Of a DNA stretch of 64,000 bases, positions 25,892-34,692 are shown one piece after another. The DNA comes from a virus. Numbering within the stretch: the stretch's first letter is position 1; the number at the start of each line of letters is the position of its first letter. The notes under the pieces are model-generated. The model was not told the DNA's origin. It saw nothing but the letters and a program-made list of their open reading frames with translations, and did not search any database. The DNA lies in IMG/VR virus record IMGVR_UViG_3300037140_000174, positions 1-64,000 of that record, one strand, 5' to 3'. The translations under genes were made by a program, and so were the position numbers.

Positions 25892-27537
25892 TGAGAAAAA
25901 CGAAAACTATCCAAAAGGTTCCATTTTTGGGGCCTGAGGTTTTGACCAAGGTGATCCCGGCCCCTACTGATGGCTGGGATCAAATCTCTCCCTTGGCTGA
26001 AATGGATCCAAAGCGCGCTCCCATCATGCAGAACTGGGTGCCACGCCCTGGTTATGTGGAGCTTCGTGGAGGATTTCAAGCTTTTGCCAGTGCGGTAACA
26101 AGCAGTGCTGTCGAATCTCTCATGGTTTGGCGCTCACCAAGCCAAGAGAAGATGTTTGCGGCGGCTGATAGTCATATCGCAGATGTTTCTTCGGGTGGTC
26201 CTGGTAGTGTTGTTGTCAGTGGCTTAGGAAGTGCCCGTTTTCAGTATGTCAATTTTACCCCTGCTGGGTCATCGACCGTAATTCAGTGCTGTAACGGGGT
26301 CGATGCCCTACAAATGTATGACGGGTCGTCTTGGACTACCCCTTCAATTACTGGATTTCCTGGTGGGTATTCCTCATCCAGTATTGTGAATATAAATTCG
26401 GATAAGAGACGGCTTTGGTATGTGCTAGCTAATTCTTCTGTTGTGGCCTTTATGCCAACAGATGCAATAACTGGTCCAATTGCAGGCACACTCGATTTTG
26501 GGGCACTTTGGATAAAGGGTGGTTACCTTGTAGCCATGACCCCTTGGACAGTTGATGGGGGAAGTGGCCCCCAGGATTATGCTTCTTTTATATCTTCTCG
26601 TGGTCAGATAACAATTTATGCAGGAACTGATCCTACCAATTCCAATGTTTGGTCATTGGTGGGTACTTTTGATGTATCCCCGCCAATTGGGATGCGATGC
26701 TTCTTGCGTGTGGGCTCAGATGTTATGGTGATCACACATGCTGGTGTGATCCCAATGTCTCAAGCACTTCCATTTGATCCTTCTGCTGATCGTTCAGTTG
26801 CGGTTACTGCCAGAATTCAGAACGCAATGGTAACTGCCGCTTTGAATTATTCTAGCTTGTTCGGTTGGCAGCTAGTATCGTTTCCTCTTCAACAATTGAT
26901 CCTTCTGAATGTGCCCATTGCTGAGAACAATCAGCAGAATCAGTTTGTCATGAATGCTCTTACTGGAGCGTGGGGTGAATTTGTTGGATGGAACTTCAAC
27001 TGTTTCGAGATATACAGTAACAATCTTTATTCAGGTGGAAATTCTGGGATTGTCAATCAATGCTACATCGGAACTACTGATGGTGGGAATTCAATTCCAG
27101 CCGATGTGCAGTGTGCTTTCAATTGGCTAGACGAACCTGGGCGCGTAAAGCGCATGACGATGGTTCAGCCATTGCTTACGGTTGGTGGTGGTGTAACCCC
27201 GACAATGGCTGTTGATACTGACTTCCAGACATCAACTGCTGTTGCTCCCGTGACTACCCTTTCTGGTGGTTCGCTTTGGGATCAAGCGAAGTGGGATTCT
27301 TCTGTTTGGTCAGCTACCTCTATCAATTTCACAAGCTTCTTGAGCGCGGATGCAATTGGTCATTCATTTGCAATCAGGATGCGTGTGAATATTAATGATC
27401 CATCAGGTGCAGAAGTGGCTGTCTTTGACATGGCTATCTTTGACACAGCTATCTTTGATGCTAACTACAGTTCCTTGCTTCCTATCCTACAAATAAATGC
27501 TTTTAACAGTATCGCTGAAATGGGCGGAGCCATATAG
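25891..27537 (+). CDS. Tail hub/nozzle (P22 gp10-like DNA stabilisation protein)
   Basis: PAP.GW......M....A....NW.P....V.LR.G N-terminus; beta-rich; Y.GTDP; WD...WD...W. Confidence 0.8.
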   Translation: MRKTKTIQKVPFLGPEVLTKVIPAPTDGWDQISPLAEMDPKRAPIMQNWVPRPGYVELRGGFQAFASAVTSSAVESLMVWRSPSQEKMFAAADSHIADVSSGGPGSVVVSGLGSARFQYVNFTPAGSSTVIQCCNGVDALQMYDGSSWTTPSITGFPGGYSSSSIVNINSDKRRLWYVLANSSVVAFMPTDAITGPIAGTLDFGALWIKGGYLVAMTPWTVDGGSGPQDYASFISSRGQITIYAGTDPTNSNVWSLVGTFDVSPPIGMRCFLRVGSDVMVITHAGVIPMSQALPFDPSADRSVAVTARIQNAMVTAALNYSSLFGWQLVSFPLQQLILLNVPIAENNQQNQFVMNALTGAWGEFVGWNFNCFEIYSNNLYSGGNSGIVNQCYIGTTDGGNSIPADVQCAFNWLDEPGRVKRMTMVQPLLTVGGGVTPTMAVDTDFQTSTAVAPVTTLSGGSLWDQAKWDSSVWSATSINFTSFLSADAIGHSFAIRMRVNINDPSGAEVAVFDMAIFDTAIFDANYSSLLPILQINAFNSIAEMGGAI

Positions 27538-27539
27538 AT

Positions 27540-27992
27540 ATGCCAGCGGGCTTACTTTTCGATAATGATGAGTTTGTTGCTGCTTACTTGTTCAAGATGT
27601 ATGGCCAGAAGCCGTTTAAGGTGGAACGAGCTCTAGGAATAATCAACAAAGATAAACTAGTAGGGGCTGTTATCTTTCATAATTGGAACGGTGCCAACCT
27701 TGAAATGAGCTACTACGGCAAGAACACGATGACAGTTGGGATTGTTCGTATGCTTGCCCGTTTTATGATCTGTACTTTTGATCCATCTAGGCTTACAGTG
27801 GTAACGATTAGGCGGAACAAGCGTTTGATCCGAGCTTATTATAAACTTGGCTTTAAGCTCGAAGGAACGCAACGGTGCTATTACGGGAAACAGGATTGCC
27901 AGCGTAATACAGGCGTGCGGTTCGTCATGTTTCGTGACAGGATCGATGAAATCGCAAAGCTTCCACAAAGCCCGAAGGCAGCCCAATGCTAA
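27540..27992 (+). CDS. GNAT-fold tail assembly protein
   Basis: ALGI....LVGAVIF.NW, N.RLIR..YKLGFKLEG..R; usual position between nozzle and ejection genes. Confidence 0.75.
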   Translation: MPAGLLFDNDEFVAAYLFKMYGQKPFKVERALGIINKDKLVGAVIFHNWNGANLEMSYYGKNTMTVGIVRMLARFMICTFDPSRLTVVTIRRNKRLIRAYYKLGFKLEGTQRCYYGKQDCQRNTGVRFVMFRDRIDEIAKLPQSPKAAQC

Positions 27993-28201
27993 GCACTCCG
28001 CCCCCGGTGGCTGGATACACCACTACTGCAATGAATATGCAGAGCCCGCAGTTGCTGGGTTCGCCTGTTCAGCAAGCTCGTTATCAGCGGATGTACCACC
28101 CTACTTTGAATGGTGGCACATCCATGTCCATGCCCGCCTTGTCACAGAACCCAATGTCGCCTCAGATGATGTCTCAGGCTCTGGCTAAGGGGTCGATGTA
28201 A
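27986..28201 (+). CDS. Met/Gln/Pro-rich small protein
   Basis: Overlap and TAATG coupling with neighbours. Confidence 0.6.
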   Translation: MLSTPPPVAGYTTTAMNMQSPQLLGSPVQQARYQRMYHPTLNGGTSMSMPALSQNPMSPQMMSQALAKGSM

Positions 28202-29016
28202 TGTCTCTTTTTAGCCCTCCAGATCCAAATACTGCTGGCCAAGCTGCTTCCACTGGGGCAGCACTTACGAGTCAGCAAACCGGGCTCAACACTACTGCTG
28301 CGAACCAGAGTCAATCTGGTTCTATGGTCAATCAGAATAACCCGTATGGGTCCCTAACCTATTCTCAGACTGGGGCGGGACCAAACGGCAACCCAATTTA
28401 TTCTTCCAATATTAATCTAACTCCTGAACAGCAAAATCTCTTCAATACGCTGCAAGGGACGCAAACTACTGCTGGTGGTCAGGCTAGTTCGCTCCTTTCT
28501 GGAGCCAATTACGGTTCTACTTCACCATCCGACGCCATCGGAAATATGACATCTGGTCTTGAAGGCCAGCAAATGGCTTCTTATGCCGCTGGCAATCAGC
28601 CAATTCAAGAAACTGCCCGTTCACAGTTGGATACTCAGTTGAAGAACCAAGGGTTGAACCCTGGTGAGCCTGGGTATGACAACGCAATGCGCAGTTTGGA
28701 TACGAGTCAGACTTTGGCCAACGATACGGCTAATGCTGGCTTTGCGAATACTGCCTTTAATCAGGCTAATACCGAGTATGGTTTGCCATTGAGCATGTCT
28801 GAGAGCTTGGCTCAGTTCGGAGCCCCAGGTTCTGTTAATTCCGGGCTTGTGAACGCCCCTGCCTTGAATGTTCAGCCTGCGAGCACGACGGCTGGATATA
28901 ACAGTGCTTCTAGTGCTCTACAAAATCAATACCAAAACCAGATGGGCCAATACAGTGGGATGATGAATGGTATCTTCGGTGTTGGATCAGATGTACTTGG
29001 CGCAATGGCGCTGTAA
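28201..29016 (+). CDS. DNA ejection/internal virion protein
   Basis: P.PDP..A N-terminus, NQ.NPYGSLTY, L.NQGL.PG...YDNAM, Gly-rich hydrophobic C-terminus. Confidence 0.7.
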   Translation: MSLFSPPDPNTAGQAASTGAALTSQQTGLNTTAANQSQSGSMVNQNNPYGSLTYSQTGAGPNGNPIYSSNINLTPEQQNLFNTLQGTQTTAGGQASSLLSGANYGSTSPSDAIGNMTSGLEGQQMASYAAGNQPIQETARSQLDTQLKNQGLNPGEPGYDNAMRSLDTSQTLANDTANAGFANTAFNQANTEYGLPLSMSESLAQFGAPGSVNSGLVNAPALNVQPASTTAGYNSASSALQNQYQNQMGQYSGMMNGIFGVGSDVLGAMAL

Positions 29017-29026
29017 GGAATAGAAC

Positions 29027-29398
29027 ATGCTAGGAGCTGCTGATTACGGAAGTACTCCTGAAGGGTACATGACACCTGATCAAATTAAGCAGATGCAGAC
29101 CTATGCCGGCAACTTGACTGCTGGAGGTCAAAGAGATTCTACAATTACGTCCCCTTGGCAGGGCGTTAGGATGCTTGCTGATGCTTTGTCTGGGAGATCA
29201 ATGAGGAACCAATTTGGACAGGCTCAAAAGCAAGGTATGGGAAGTGCTGCAAATGCAGTTTCCTCACAACCAGCTCCTGGATCCTTTAATCAACCAGTTC
29301 CATACATGGGTTCTCCAATGGGGGCTTCTGCATCAAGCGTGAATCCAATGATGAGCGCCCTTATGTCACAGCCGCCGTCGACTTACGGCATGGGTTAA
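29027..29398 (+). CDS. Short paralog of the N-terminus of the next ejection protein
   Basis: Shares TPDQ and GGQRD..ITSPWQGVRMLADALSG with 29403..31709. Confidence 0.75.
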   Translation: MLGAADYGSTPEGYMTPDQIKQMQTYAGNLTAGGQRDSTITSPWQGVRMLADALSGRSMRNQFGQAQKQGMGSAANAVSSQPAPGSFNQPVPYMGSPMGASASSVNPMMSALMSQPPSTYGMG

Positions 29399-29402
29399 GC
29401 CA

Positions 29403-31709
29403 ATGCTCTCTGCTGAGGATTTCCTCAACACCCCGTCCAATTATGCGACGCCGGATCAACTTGCATCCGTGCGTCAATACGCTGATCTTTTGACTAAAGG
29501 CGGTCAGAGGGATCAGCAAATTACGTCTCCTTGGCAGGGTGTTCGCATGTTGGCGGATGCTTTGTCTGGAAATGTTTTAAGAAATCAAGCTGGTCAGCAG
29601 CAGATGCAGGGGTATGGAAGCGCTGCGGATGCAGTTTCTTCACAGGCCCCCGGTGGCAGTCCTCAACCGCAACAGCAATCTGATTCGTCCTCGACTGGAG
29701 CTTCTTCAGGAGCAGCTTCTGTAAGAAATAACAATCCTGGAGCTCAGTGGCCTGGGCCTGTTGCGATGGCTTATGGGGCCACTGGTTCTCAAACCGTAGG
29801 CGGCGGAAATAAGATTGCTACTTTTGACGATCCTGTTAAGGGCGCTGCTGCTCAATTGGCCCTGCTTGATAGCAAGTACACTGGGGTTCCTTTGAGTGCT
29901 GCTGTGTCTAAGTGGTCGGGTGGAAATGATTCTTCAGAATACACCAAACACATAATGAACGATACTGGGTTGACCCCAGATACAGTAATAACCCCACAAT
30001 TGCTTCGTAGCCCTCAGGGCATTGCTTTGGCGAAGTCCATGGCCAATTGGGAAGCTGGTGGTCAATACCCGTTGCCGGACGAAGGCTGGCAAAAAGGGCA
30101 GGCATTGGCTTTCAATGGGACCCCTAGTCAGGGGCCGCTAGCTATGCCGGGCACACCCCAGTCCGCCGCTATGGCTTTGAGAGGGCAACCGTCCACGGAG
30201 CCCCCGGTTTCAAAAGTTGGTGACCCTCAAATGGGTCCTCAATTTGCTCCTTCGCGTCCTCAGGTCACCCCACAGAAATTGAATGAGATTCTTCGTAACC
30301 CTTGGGTTGATCCTGGCCTTAAGCAAGAGTTCTATAAGAACTACATGATGCAGAACCAGCCTACTTCTGCGGCTGGGCCTGGAGGTAATTGGATATTTGA
30401 TCACAACGGTAATAAGGTTTGGGTTGGTGATCTTCAGAAAGGGGAACTTAAGGCGGGTGACGTTTCCACCCCATACATGGGCACTCTTGGCGAACCTAAT
30501 GGTGGAAGTGCTGGTCAGTATAATCCAGCAGGGGGAGTTCCTGGGGTTAGGCCTCCAGCTCCGGCTCCACAGGGCACGCCCCTTAATGATCTAATGAACG
30601 CACCCTCCCCTTGGGTGACCCCTCAAGCCCCTGTCCCTGGTGGTGCTGCTCCAGGCGCTCCTGGCCCACAGGGGGCCATTGCTCCGCAAGGAGCCCCGAC
30701 GGCTGCGGCTGCTGCAATGCCTATGGGGCAGGCTGCTATGGCCGGAGCGCAGGCTTCTGCTGCTCAAGCCACACCACAAGCTTCACCACAGGTGGCTTCG
30801 CAAGGGGCACCGCCTATTCAAACCGCGATGGCTACCCCTGAAGGTGTCAAATCCGATGCCCCACCCATTGGGGCTGGAATGCTGGGGGCGGTTCCGCCCA
30901 TTGGCGCGGCCCCCACCGCCATTCCTCCTGCCCCGCAACTGGCACAGGCTGGTGGCGGGCTCCCGACACTCAATGATTTGGCTGATTTCGCCAATCAGAA
31001 TAAGTACAAGCAGGAGCTGAACACCAACAATGCGAAGCACTATGCGGATAATTCGAATGCGGTGCTGGCGGCTGGTGCTCAGGCTACGCAAAGCTTGCCG
31101 ATGATTGATATGGCCGCTCAAGCGGTCAAGGATCCAAGATTCTATTCTGGTATCTTCTCAGAAGGTGCTCTTGACCTTAAGAAGCTACAAGCTGCGTTTG
31201 GTGATGACCCGAATGCTGCTGCTGCAATGGAAGTGTTCACCAAAGCTATGGCTGGGGATGTGCTAAGCCAGCTCCGGTCAAAGCTCCAAGGACTTGGGCA
31301 GGTCCGGCTTGCTGAAATCCAGTTGATTAATCAAGCCACTGCGAATATGCACAATACCCCTGCTGCAAACTTGGCGGTTCTTAATATTATCCGCCGAAGT
31401 TACCAGCAAACATCTGCCCTTTCGCAGATTGCAGATGCTTATAACGGGCAAGCGAACCCACCGACAAATGCTGGGTTGGAATCGACGATGCAGAAGTACC
31501 TGTTAACGCATCCAACTTTCAGCCCTGATGAGATAAAGAACTTTAGCCACACCCTCTCTCTTGATGGCCCTGCGAAGCCTGAGGCAACGACTTATTCGAA
31601 AGGTACACCACCCCCTGCTGCTCCTCCTGCATCTACGGGCATGGATTTGACACACCCTGACTTGCTCCCGAATATTCAGCAAGAAAAAGCGAGACGTGGG
31701 CTCCAATAA
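29403..31709 (+). CDS. Ejection protein with RNNNPG lysozyme-like domain
   Basis: RNNNPG...ATF.....G..A...LL, KW...ND..EY, MANWE.G; long Pro/Ala/Gln linker. Confidence 0.7.
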   Translation: MLSAEDFLNTPSNYATPDQLASVRQYADLLTKGGQRDQQITSPWQGVRMLADALSGNVLRNQAGQQQMQGYGSAADAVSSQAPGGSPQPQQQSDSSSTGASSGAASVRNNNPGAQWPGPVAMAYGATGSQTVGGGNKIATFDDPVKGAAAQLALLDSKYTGVPLSAAVSKWSGGNDSSEYTKHIMNDTGLTPDTVITPQLLRSPQGIALAKSMANWEAGGQYPLPDEGWQKGQALAFNGTPSQGPLAMPGTPQSAAMALRGQPSTEPPVSKVGDPQMGPQFAPSRPQVTPQKLNEILRNPWVDPGLKQEFYKNYMMQNQPTSAAGPGGNWIFDHNGNKVWVGDLQKGELKAGDVSTPYMGTLGEPNGGSAGQYNPAGGVPGVRPPAPAPQGTPLNDLMNAPSPWVTPQAPVPGGAAPGAPGPQGAIAPQGAPTAAAAAMPMGQAAMAGAQASAAQATPQASPQVASQGAPPIQTAMATPEGVKSDAPPIGAGMLGAVPPIGAAPTAIPPAPQLAQAGGGLPTLNDLADFANQNKYKQELNTNNAKHYADNSNAVLAAGAQATQSLPMIDMAAQAVKDPRFYSGIFSEGALDLKKLQAAFGDDPNAAAAMEVFTKAMAGDVLSQLRSKLQGLGQVRLAEIQLINQATANMHNTPAANLAVLNIIRRSYQQTSALSQIADAYNGQANPPTNAGLESTMQKYLLTHPTFSPDEIKNFSHTLSLDGPAKPEATTYSKGTPPPAAPPASTGMDLTHPDLLPNIQQEKARRGLQ

Positions 31710-33577
31710 TGCCTAACATCGACCTCACTGATCTTTCAAACGAGCAATTGCTTGCGCTAGAAGCACAGGCAAAGGGTGCGCAGTCTACTGCAGCTGATGT
31801 CGCACAAACCATTCCCTCATCCCTTGAGAAAATGACTGTTGGGCTCGGGACGTTCCCTCTTGATACCGCAGCTAATCTTAATAAGATGGGAAGTTGGGCC
31901 GCTTCAAAACTGACCCCGGCTAGCCCTCTTGCGGACGCAACTCAAAACACGCCCCCTGGTGGTCAAGTTAACGTTCCTGGGGTTGAAGGAACGGTGACTA
32001 AGGCTGCTTCTGCACCCACTGCGCCTTCTGGTAAGTCTTTCTATGACTCGGCTCAGGATTATCTCCATGACAACATGGGGGTAGGGCCGCTCTATCAGCC
32101 TCAGGGTCACACGGCCAAGATGGCCGATCAAATGATCCAGGCTCTTCCCATGTTAGGTGGGCCTGAGCTAGCTACTGGGCGCTTTTCTGAGATTATGCCT
32201 AACCTATTGCGAGGGGCTGGGGCTATTGCTGGCGGTGAAGCTGCCAAGACAGCGGCTGATTCGGCTGGCTTCAGCAATACCGATCCCTACAGTCAGGCAT
32301 TAGGAATGGCTGCTGGAACCTTTTTGCCAGCCATGCTTCGTAAAGGCATTACACCATTCCCGGCTTCTGATGCCAATTTAGCGATGGCTAAAACCCTTAA
32401 GGGGGCTAACATTGATGTGCCTGCCGCGTTGAAGACTGGTAGCCCAACCCTCAACAGGTGGCAAACTTCCTGGGAAGGAAAAGATCCTTCAATTGATCCT
32501 CACCAGTTCACTTCTTATGCTTTACAGCAGATGGGTGTTGATCCGACCACTGCCAGTTCTAAGGGAGACATTACCCCAATCATCAATAAGTGGATGGGGC
32601 CTGTTGATCCTTCAACAGGTCAAAAGAGCATCCTTGCTACAAAAATGGATGATCTATCAAAGAGTACACAATCTAATTATTACGCTCCTGACCCAAGTAA
32701 CCCTCCCAATGGGGTACTTTCAGACCCCCATGGCAACCCGCTGTTGGAACCACAACTTGCTTCCGATAGGGATGCCATCTTGAAGAGATACGTTGGGGCT
32801 GGTGGCACTTTGACCGGCTCATCCCCTATTGAGCAGGTGATAAATAGTTCTTTGATGAATACCAAGTCCAATACATTGGCTTCTGGGTTGACGGGAAGCC
32901 GATATCAAGATATGCGGCAAAATATAAGTGACCGGGTTGGTGATTTGTACGCCAAGGGTGAACAGAACTCTGCTCAAGCGGTGTCAGCGTGGGGTGATGC
33001 TTTGGATTCCAACATGGCTCGTTCCTCTCCCCGAGGACAGGAGTGGCCTGAGGTATTCAAGCAGTACGAAGCTGGAAAGATTCTTCAGAATGCGAATAAA
33101 GGGTCCAAGGCAATACCGGGCACCCTTAATCCGTCTGATGTATTTAACTCAGCTTCTGGACATCCAAATAGCGACCTTTATAAGGTATCTGAAGCGGCCA
33201 CAAAGATTTCAAACATGCCCACCCCTAAAGCAGGCATGGTCGATGCGGTTGCCCCATTCCTAGGGGCTGGGCTTGGTTATGCCGGCATGAAGTATGGGGC
33301 TGGGCATGTTCCGGCTGGAGCCGATTTGTCCATCCTTGGAGATCTACTGTCTGTCCCCGGGGCCGTTCTTGGATCCAAGGTGGCTGGCCCCATCTACAAT
33401 GCTACCGGGCTTCCTGGTAATCAGCTTCTGAGGGGTGGTTCTCAAGCTGCCCAACCGGGCATCCAGGGGATGTTGGGAAGGACTGCTAACAATATGTCCT
33501 TCAACGGGCCGGCTTCGGTCAGCAACATGGCTCGTTTGCTTGCGCTTAAACAGGCGCAACAAGGCAACAGTAATTAA
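31709..33577 (+). CDS. Large ejection/internal virion protein
   Basis: DLTDLSNEQLLAL N-terminus; Gly/Ala-rich hydrophobic segments; TAATG coupling. Confidence 0.7.
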   Translation: MPNIDLTDLSNEQLLALEAQAKGAQSTAADVAQTIPSSLEKMTVGLGTFPLDTAANLNKMGSWAASKLTPASPLADATQNTPPGGQVNVPGVEGTVTKAASAPTAPSGKSFYDSAQDYLHDNMGVGPLYQPQGHTAKMADQMIQALPMLGGPELATGRFSEIMPNLLRGAGAIAGGEAAKTAADSAGFSNTDPYSQALGMAAGTFLPAMLRKGITPFPASDANLAMAKTLKGANIDVPAALKTGSPTLNRWQTSWEGKDPSIDPHQFTSYALQQMGVDPTTASSKGDITPIINKWMGPVDPSTGQKSILATKMDDLSKSTQSNYYAPDPSNPPNGVLSDPHGNPLLEPQLASDRDAILKRYVGAGGTLTGSSPIEQVINSSLMNTKSNTLASGLTGSRYQDMRQNISDRVGDLYAKGEQNSAQAVSAWGDALDSNMARSSPRGQEWPEVFKQYEAGKILQNANKGSKAIPGTLNPSDVFNSASGHPNSDLYKVSEAATKISNMPTPKAGMVDAVAPFLGAGLGYAGMKYGAGHVPAGADLSILGDLLSVPGAVLGSKVAGPIYNATGLPGNQLLRGGSQAAQPGIQGMLGRTANNMSFNGPASVSNMARLLALKQAQQGNSN

Positions 33578-33736
33578 GTGGAACCAACTTGGGATTGATG
33601 TTAGAACCCAGGTTACGATGAAGGCGAGTGTGTAACCAAAGGCTATCATCTGCCCATTTGTTTGCCCTGAAGGTCTTATGTTCTTCAGGAAATAAATGGA
33701 CCACAGAACGATAGCTATTTGTAAGATGTACCACAT
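33344..33736 (-). CDS. Antisense small membrane protein, superinfection-exclusion candidate
   Basis: AAAGGAG SD 6 nt before ATG on the - strand; two hydrophobic segments; fills the 33578-33750 gap. Confidence 0.55.
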   Translation of the reverse strand: MWYILQIAIVLWSIYFLKNIRPSGQTNGQMIAFGYTLAFIVTWVLTSIPSWFHLITVALLRLFKRKQTSHVADRSRPVEGHIVSSPSQHPLDARLGSLRTTPQKLITRKPGSIVDGASHLGSKNGPGDRQ

Positions 33737-33762
33737 GAATTTCTCCTTTCTAGGAGGCTGAT

Positions 33763-34692
33763 ATTCCGCGCAACGGTTCAGGGACTTACACTCTTCCGCA
33801 GTCGCCCTTTGTTCCAGGGACGACGATATCTTCGGCTGCGGTAAATTCTGATTTTTCAGATGTTGCCAACGCCTTGACTGGATCAGTTTCTGTTGATGGT
33901 CAAACCACCATCACTGGTCAGTTGAAATTCCCAAATGGGTCGGCTGCTGCCCCATCTCATACGTTTGCATCAAATCTTACGACGGGGATGTATTATATTG
34001 GAACGAAATATTTGGGTTTCACTACGGGTGGAACCCAAATTGTCGCCTTCAATGGTAATAGTCAAGGTTCTGGTCAAAGTGGAAATGTAATCGAAATTAA
34101 TACTGCGACTGGAACTATTTATCCTAACCCAGTTGGTTTTATTGGGGATTTTGCAGGACCTACGGCTCCCGCTGGTTGGCTTCTTTGCTATGGACAAGTT
34201 GTCAACACAAGTGATTATCCAGAGCTTTTTGTAGCTCTAGGAAGTACCAACACTTATGGAGGAAATGGAACTACTACATTTGGTATCCCTGATTGTCGTG
34301 GCCGTGCTTCTTTTGGTAAAGATAATATGGGAGGTTCGGCTGCCAACCGAATTACTTCGGCTGGTGGTAATTTTGATGGCACGGTTCTTGGGGGCACAGG
34401 CGGTCAGCAGAATTTTACCCTTACGACAACCCAACTGCCGGCCATTAAACCAGCAATAACGATTACTGATCCAGGGCATCTTCATATTACGTCTAATCTT
34501 GTCGTCAACGGAGGTGGAAGCGATAATATCCTTACGAGTGGGGGTATTATTAATATTACTGCACCTAACACAAACACAGCTGTGACCGGAATAACGGCTG
34601 CTTTTACCAGCAATCTTGGTTCTGGGAATGCTACTCCGGTTCTGTCACCTTCAATTATTTTCAATAAGATAATCTTTGCAGGGCGTGTATAA
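33763..34692 (+). CDS. Tail fibre with tail-collar domain; proposed ATT start
   Basis: AGGAGG-ctgat-ATT CCG CGC AAC GGT TCA (xPRNGSGTYTLP) in frame with ORF 33874; collar motif P.GWLLC.GQ...YPELF..LG..YG.GNG.TTF.IPD.RGR. Confidence 0.85.
   Translation: MPRNGSGTYTLPQSPFVPGTTISSAAVNSDFSDVANALTGSVSVDGQTTITGQLKFPNGSAAAPSHTFASNLTTGMYYIGTKYLGFTTGGTQIVAFNGNSQGSGQSGNVIEINTATGTIYPNPVGFIGDFAGPTAPAGWLLCYGQVVNTSDYPELFVALGSTNTYGGNGTTTFGIPDCRGRASFGKDNMGGSAANRITSAGGNFDGTVLGGTGGQQNFTLTTTQLPAIKPAITITDPGHLHITSNLVVNGGGSDNILTSGGIINITAPNTNTAVTGITAAFTSNLGSGNATPVLSPSIIFNKIIFAGRV

Noticed and set aside
33546-33734. Alternative 62-aa antisense ORF
   Set aside because: The ATG at 33736 has the better start codon and SD spacing and gives a membrane-protein-like sequence
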